Below are positions 51,356 through 55,446 of a stretch of 55,446 nt of DNA, one piece after another (the stretch's first letter is position 1; every line of letters begins with the position of its first letter). Location: contig MUGC01000005.1 of the NCBI GenBank assembly GCA_002900535.1, positions 1 through 55,446 of the forward strand, read 5' to 3'. The position numbers and the translations under genes were made by a program. Under the pieces are notes generated by a model, which saw nothing but the letters and a program-made list of their open reading frames with translations, did not search any database and was not told where the DNA came from. The DNA is from Thermoplasmata archaeon M9B1D (GTDB lineage: Archaea; Thermoplasmatota; E2; DHVEG-1).

Positions 51356-52222
51356 ATGTCTATTTTTGTCGATGAAAAAAATAAGGTTCTTGTTCAAGGT
51401 GCAACTGGTCATCAAGGTGTCTTCCATATCGCTGAGATGCTAGGTTTTGGAACAAAAGTTGTTGCTGGTGTGACACCTGGTAAAGCAGGACAAGAAGTTC
51501 ATAAAGTTCCTATATTTGACAATGTTCAAGAGGGTGTAGATGAAACCGGTGCTGATACGAGTCTTATTTTAGTTCCTGCTCGTTTTGCAAAGGATGCAGT
51601 TTTTGAAACACTTGATGCTGGGGTTAAAACCGTTGTTGTAATTACTGAAAATATTCCTTTTCATGATGCTATGGAATTTGTGCATTATGCCAAGTATAAA
51701 GATGCTATTCTTATTGGACCGAACTGCCCTGGAATTGCAAGTCCAGGTAAAACAAAAATCGGAATCTTACCTGGAAGTATTTTTAAACAAGGAAATGTAG
51801 GTGTTGCAAGTCGCTCTGGAACTCTTACCTATGAGATTGTTAATTCATTAACTGAGAAAGGTATCGGTCAGAGTACTTGCGTTGGTCTTGGTGGAGATCC
51901 GATAATTGGTACAACATTCATTGACTCTCTTAAAGAATTTGAAAAAGATAAGGATACAAAAGCAATTGTCTTGGTAGGTGAAATAGGTGGAACTGCTGAA
52001 GAAGATGCTGCAGAGTTCATAACTGAACATATCAACAAACCCGTGTTTGCATTTATCGCAGGTCGCACGGCTCCACCTGGAAAACGTATGGGTCATGCAG
52101 GTGCAATTATTGCAAGGGGAAAAGGTACTGCTGCGTCAAAAATAAAAGCTTTTGAAAAAGCAGAGGTAAAACTTGCTAAGTTCCCAACAGATATCGCTGA
52201 TTTAGTTGAGCAACACATCTAA
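51356..52222 (+). CDS. sucD: succinyl-CoA synthetase alpha subunit
   Basis: 288 aa. Motifs VQGATGHQG, SRSGTLTYE and the phosphohistidine loop MGHAGAII are present. Confidence 0.9.
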   Translation: MSIFVDEKNKVLVQGATGHQGVFHIAEMLGFGTKVVAGVTPGKAGQEVHKVPIFDNVQEGVDETGADTSLILVPARFAKDAVFETLDAGVKTVVVITENIPFHDAMEFVHYAKYKDAILIGPNCPGIASPGKTKIGILPGSIFKQGNVGVASRSGTLTYEIVNSLTEKGIGQSTCVGLGGDPIIGTTFIDSLKEFEKDKDTKAIVLVGEIGGTAEEDAAEFITEHINKPVFAFIAGRTAPPGKRMGHAGAIIARGKGTAASKIKAFEKAEVKLAKFPTDIADLVEQHI

Positions 52223-52239
52223 TTTTTCTAGAGATTAAG

Positions 52240-52253
52240 TTTTTTTCTTTTTT
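52240..52253 (+). terminator. oligo-T tract (TTTTTTTCTTTTTT) after sucD
   Basis: An archaeal-style T-rich terminator candidate in the 65-nt convergent gap. Confidence 0.3.
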
Positions 52254-52287
52254 AAATAAATATAATCGTAAAAAGAAAAAAATAGAA

Positions 52288-53589
52288 TTAGACAAGAGGA
52301 TTCACAATACTTCCAAGAAACAGTATTGTTCCTGTTTCTTTATGTTGAATTAAAAACAAAAATGGATGATCGGCATTAAATGTAAGTCTTGAACTTCCAC
52401 CGTCATCAATAGATGTTTTATCCATAACTACGGCTGTTGCAGCAGCAGCTTCTGTTCCTTCTTCACTAACATTAATAAATGCTTTATGCAAAACAGCGCT
52501 AATAAATAAATCAGGACGACCATCAATTCCTGAAAAATCAGCAAAATCACTAAAAGCATCTTGCATTCCAAGTTCTATTAAGTAATCATTAAGCCCATAA
52601 CTTGTTTCAAATTCAAATTTTGGAAGATAAATATCAACTTCAGTTTCATACATCGAATCAATCCATTCGGAAACGCTATCCTTATCAATGGAATTTATCA
52701 CATCTTCTAATTCAACACCTTCTCTTGGTAAAAATATAGTCATAGATATTTCATTTCCAGTATAAGGAAGTTCAATTATCTGCAAATCCTCTGTTTCAGT
52801 ATAATTAAATCTATCTTTTGTCCCAGTTAAACGCATAGTCGGAACTTTGATTAGATTTTCTTCAAAATCCGTAAAATCTCTATCCGTAGTGTTGAGTTCA
52901 TCAAATTTTACTTGCCAGGTTCCTTTGAAATAAATAGCATTAGTTAGAATAAGCATTGTCAAAAATGGATTAATAACATCAGAAGGGACTAGATCTTTTA
53001 TTAAATTATTTGTTTGATCTTCAACCCATTGATTAATTATTTCTGCTGCTTCTTTAGGTTTAGAAAAATCAACTTCTGAAGATATACCACCATAATAAGT
53101 CTCAATAGTATTAATGTATTCATCTAAAAGCTCAAAGTTTTCTCTTACCCACAAAGCATTAGCCGTACTTATATTGTAATCAGTATTTTCATTTAAATAT
53201 TCATATAGGCTTTTCATATATTGATGGAATGAATCATTGTCTTGCTCAATACTAAGAACGCTCTCCATCTCATCAGCTGTATTATTTTTAGCACCCTCGT
53301 ATGTCATGGCAAGCGCTGTAAAAACACTATATGGTGAATAAAAAATATTACCTTCATTAACTGGATCATTGGATATTTTTCTAAACAAATCAAATGCAAA
53401 AGCATTTACTGCATCGTTAAAAGAAGTTTTATTTCCTAAAGCCTCAGGAGTTTCATCTTCAGATTCTTTATTATCGTCAATAGTATTTGAATCAATAAAT
53501 AAATCGCTTGTTAAAACTACAAAAGCAGCACCTAATACTACTAAACTCACGATAATTGCAACTATAGCATTTGATTTCATATCTATCAC
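52288..53589 (-). CDS. serpin (serine protease inhibitor) with N-terminal signal-anchor helix
   Basis: 433 aa. It has a hydrophobic segment AIVAIIVSLVVLGAAFVVL, the serpin motifs FSPYSVFTALAMTYEGA and NAIYFKGTWQVKF, the hinge EEGTEAAAATAVVM, and FNADHPFLFLI. Confidence 0.85.
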   Translation of the reverse strand: MIDMKSNAIVAIIVSLVVLGAAFVVLTSDLFIDSNTIDDNKESEDETPEALGNKTSFNDAVNAFAFDLFRKISNDPVNEGNIFYSPYSVFTALAMTYEGAKNNTADEMESVLSIEQDNDSFHQYMKSLYEYLNENTDYNISTANALWVRENFELLDEYINTIETYYGGISSEVDFSKPKEAAEIINQWVEDQTNNLIKDLVPSDVINPFLTMLILTNAIYFKGTWQVKFDELNTTDRDFTDFEENLIKVPTMRLTGTKDRFNYTETEDLQIIELPYTGNEISMTIFLPREGVELEDVINSIDKDSVSEWIDSMYETEVDIYLPKFEFETSYGLNDYLIELGMQDAFSDFADFSGIDGRPDLFISAVLHKAFINVSEEGTEAAAATAVVMDKTSIDDGGSSRLTFNADHPFLFLIQHKETGTILFLGSIVNPLV

Positions 53590-53634
53590 TAAATAGAGGT
53601 ATAAGTTTTTTTACTATTTAATATAATTGAAAAC

Positions 53635-53653
53635 GTTTGGAAAAAACCAAACA
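53635..53653 (-). terminator. hairpin GTTTGG-N7-CCAAAC between the aminotransferase stop and the serpin start
   Basis: A perfect 6-bp inverted repeat. The loop is T7 on the minus strand. Confidence 0.25.
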
Positions 53654-53718
53654 AGGCATAATTTAACTTATAAGTATAAATTCAAACCATTAACATGCAT
53701 AAGCCAATACTGATTTTA

Positions 53719-54876
53719 TTAAAAAGATTCTTTAATTTTCTCAATCGCAACATCGATATTTTTAAGAGTGTTTGCATAAGAAAAACGGATATAACCTTCA
53801 CCAAAAGGACCAAAAGCAGTACCGGGCAAGGTTGCCACATCTGCATTGTATAATAGATGATCTGCACATTCTTGAGAATTCATACCTGTTTTTTTGATAT
53901 TTGGAAAAGCATAAAATGCTCCACGAGGGGATAGACAGCTAAAACCAGGAATTATGTTCAATCCATTTACTATACGATCTCTCTTTTCTTTAAAACGTTT
54001 CATCATTTCACTTATAAAACTCTGATCGCCAGTAAGTGCTTCTACACCAGCCCACTGGGTAAAAGCAGCTGTACAAGAAACAGCACTAACTAAAAAATCT
54101 TGAAGGCGTTGAGCCATCTTTTTTGGTGCAACCATGAAACCTAATCGCCAACCAGTCATTGCAAAATATTTTGAAAAACCATCTAAAAGGACTGTTCTTT
54201 CTTTTGCTTCATCTATTGCAGTTGCTGAAAAATGTTTTGATTCATATGTCATCTTACTATAAATTTCATCTGAAACAACAAAGATATCATGTTCTTCAGC
54301 GAGCATTGCTATTTCATCAAGTTCTTTTTTTGTCATAACAGAACCCGTTGGATTTTGAGGAGAATTTACAATAATTAATTTTGTTTTTTTAGTAATTCTT
54401 TTCTTAACATCGTCAGGGTTCATACGAAACTCATTTTCTTCAAGCAAAGGAATTAGTACTCCTTTTGCACCAAGAAAGGAAGAAACCGAACCATAAGTTG
54501 GATAACCAGGATCTTGATAAATTACTTCATCCCCCGGATTTACTGTTGCAAGCATTGAGAAAAAAATCCCTGGTTTAAGACCAGGTGTAATCACAATTTG
54601 TTCAAGATCAGGTCGATATCCACGTGTTTTTTCTACTTCATCTTGCACAGCTTTACGAAGCTCAAGTATTCCAACTGAGGGAGTATAATGTGTTTTTTTG
54701 TTTAGTATTGCTTTGATTCCTGCTTCTGCAATATTTTTTGGTGTTTCCATATCTGGTTCGCCGATTTCAAAATGAATGATATGCTTTCCTTTTCGCTCCA
54801 ATTCTTGTGCTTTTGCAAGTACTTCAAAAGCAGCCTCTCCATAGATTTTATGTGCTCCCTTACTAAGTTCTGGCAT
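53719..54876 (-). CDS. class I/II pyridoxal-phosphate aminotransferase (aspartate/aromatic type)
   Basis: 385 aa. Motifs NSPQNPTG and FSKYFAMTGWRLGF (PLP lysine) are present. Confidence 0.85.
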   Translation of the reverse strand: MPELSKGAHKIYGEAAFEVLAKAQELERKGKHIIHFEIGEPDMETPKNIAEAGIKAILNKKTHYTPSVGILELRKAVQDEVEKTRGYRPDLEQIVITPGLKPGIFFSMLATVNPGDEVIYQDPGYPTYGSVSSFLGAKGVLIPLLEENEFRMNPDDVKKRITKKTKLIIVNSPQNPTGSVMTKKELDEIAMLAEEHDIFVVSDEIYSKMTYESKHFSATAIDEAKERTVLLDGFSKYFAMTGWRLGFMVAPKKMAQRLQDFLVSAVSCTAAFTQWAGVEALTGDQSFISEMMKRFKEKRDRIVNGLNIIPGFSCLSPRGAFYAFPNIKKTGMNSQECADHLLYNADVATLPGTAFGPFGEGYIRFSYANTLKNIDVAIEKIKESF

Positions 54877-54882
54877 GTATAA

Positions 54883-55446
54883 TCATACTCCAATTAAATT
54901 TGCATATTCTAATAGATCAAGTTCCTTCAGTTTTTCTTTTTTTGGCAATCCTTTTTCATCCCAACCTCGAAGACTGTAATACTCTTTTAGACTTTGCTCA
55001 AATCGATCTTTTGTCAAAACTATTCCTTTCGCAGGACCTTTTGTAAATGATTCATTGAAAAGCCTAGGTGGAAGTTTATCACTGTCGGGTTTTAATCCTT
55101 CACGTAAATTGAAAAGCCGTATCAAGTTCCAAATCCGCTCACCACATTTTAGATAGCTTTCAACTGTGTGATTAAAACCAGTTGCAAGATTCCACATATC
55201 AACACAATCTTCTTCTGAAATTGGTGCAAAATCACAAAGAACTAGTGAAAAAAATGATGCTCGCTCATCTTGAACATTCTTTACAATTCCTGCTTTTTTA
55301 TCAAATGAAAATCTTTCAAGTTCAGGATCGTTAAGCTCTGCTCTAACAGTCCAAGCACGCTGGTGACATGCACCCCTATCCGATGTTGCATATGCAAGTC
55401 CCATACCAAATGTACCACGTGGATCATAACCTGGTATATCCATCCC
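54883..55446 (-). CDS. aldehyde:ferredoxin oxidoreductase family (tungstopterin), C-terminal part; 5' end off window
   Basis: The frame is open to the window edge. Motifs DPRGTFGMGLAYATSDRGACHQRA and the C-terminal RGWDEKG.P are typical of AOR domains 2/3. Confidence 0.85.
   Translation of the reverse strand, partial: GMDIPGYDPRGTFGMGLAYATSDRGACHQRAWTVRAELNDPELERFSFDKKAGIVKNVQDERASFFSLVLCDFAPISEEDCVDMWNLATGFNHTVESYLKCGERIWNLIRLFNLREGLKPDSDKLPPRLFNESFTKGPAKGIVLTKDRFEQSLKEYYSLRGWDEKGLPKKEKLKELDLLEYANLIGV

Noticed and set aside
1-55446. Search for CRISPR arrays, tRNA/rRNA genes, IS elements, integrases and defence-system genes.
   Set aside because: I found no regularly spaced direct repeats, no cloverleaf-capable GC-rich ~75-nt islands in the intergenic regions, and no transposase, integrase or nuclease-helicase type ORFs apart from the partial GIY-YIG-like edge ORF. 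This was a by-eye scan only, so small ncRNAs could be missed.

Overview
This is an AT-rich, very gene-dense window with about 52 coding regions. I recognised no rRNA, tRNA, CRISPR array or IS/transposase. The gene content fits an uncultivated, strictly anaerobic archaeon: four-subunit 2-oxoacid:ferredoxin oxidoreductase, MvhADG/HdrABC, a sulfhydrogenase-type [NiFe] hydrogenase, tungsten AOR, GTP-PEPCK and Lrp-like double-wHTH regulators. An Asgard/Lokiarchaeia-like origin is only a guess.

The window is dominated by soluble flavin-based electron-bifurcation hardware:
- Six HdrA-type cores sit in four genes. Two of these genes carry an NfnB/GltD-type NAD(P)H flavoprotein module nested inside HdrA, and two are covalent HdrA-HdrA tandems.
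- There are two HdrBC pairs and three MvhD-type domains.
- There is a group 3c (Mvh) and a group 3b (hydBGDA-like) hydrogenase.
- There is a Flx-like NAD(P)H module and a GlcD-type 2-hydroxyacid dehydrogenase.
- Frd/Sdh-like AB and korDABG-like genes lie at the head of a 24-kb, 21-gene head-to-tail array (48825 down to 24513, minus strand).

A separate operon (12837 down to 5483) reads lplA-hdrC-hdrB-giant hdrA-gcvH-like. It places a lipoyl carrier protein and its ligase inside an Hdr module. I consider this, together with the HdrA::NfnB-like fusions, the most likely candidate for an undescribed system.

Other genes present:
- Carbon metabolism: pckG, malic enzyme, sucCD, aminotransferase, AOR, LarA-family plus acyl-CoA dehydrogenase.
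- An Mrp/DUF5320/DUF134/NifX-like cluster.
- A membrane-anchored serpin.
- Two tandem, internally duplicated Cys-helical proteins of unknown function.

Several sequence-level anomalies are visible:
- The group 3b large subunit is frameshifted at a (GC)3 repeat.
- The MvhA-like large subunit lacks the N-terminal RxCGxC nickel-ligand motif.
- One hdrA::gltD-like gene is interrupted exactly at an A_AAA_AAG heptamer, at the edge of a 145-nt tract identical to its tandem paralog.
- A HydG/FlxA-like gene appears to start at ATA.

All functional calls rest on motifs recognised by eye and on comparison of in-window paralogs. No database search was possible.
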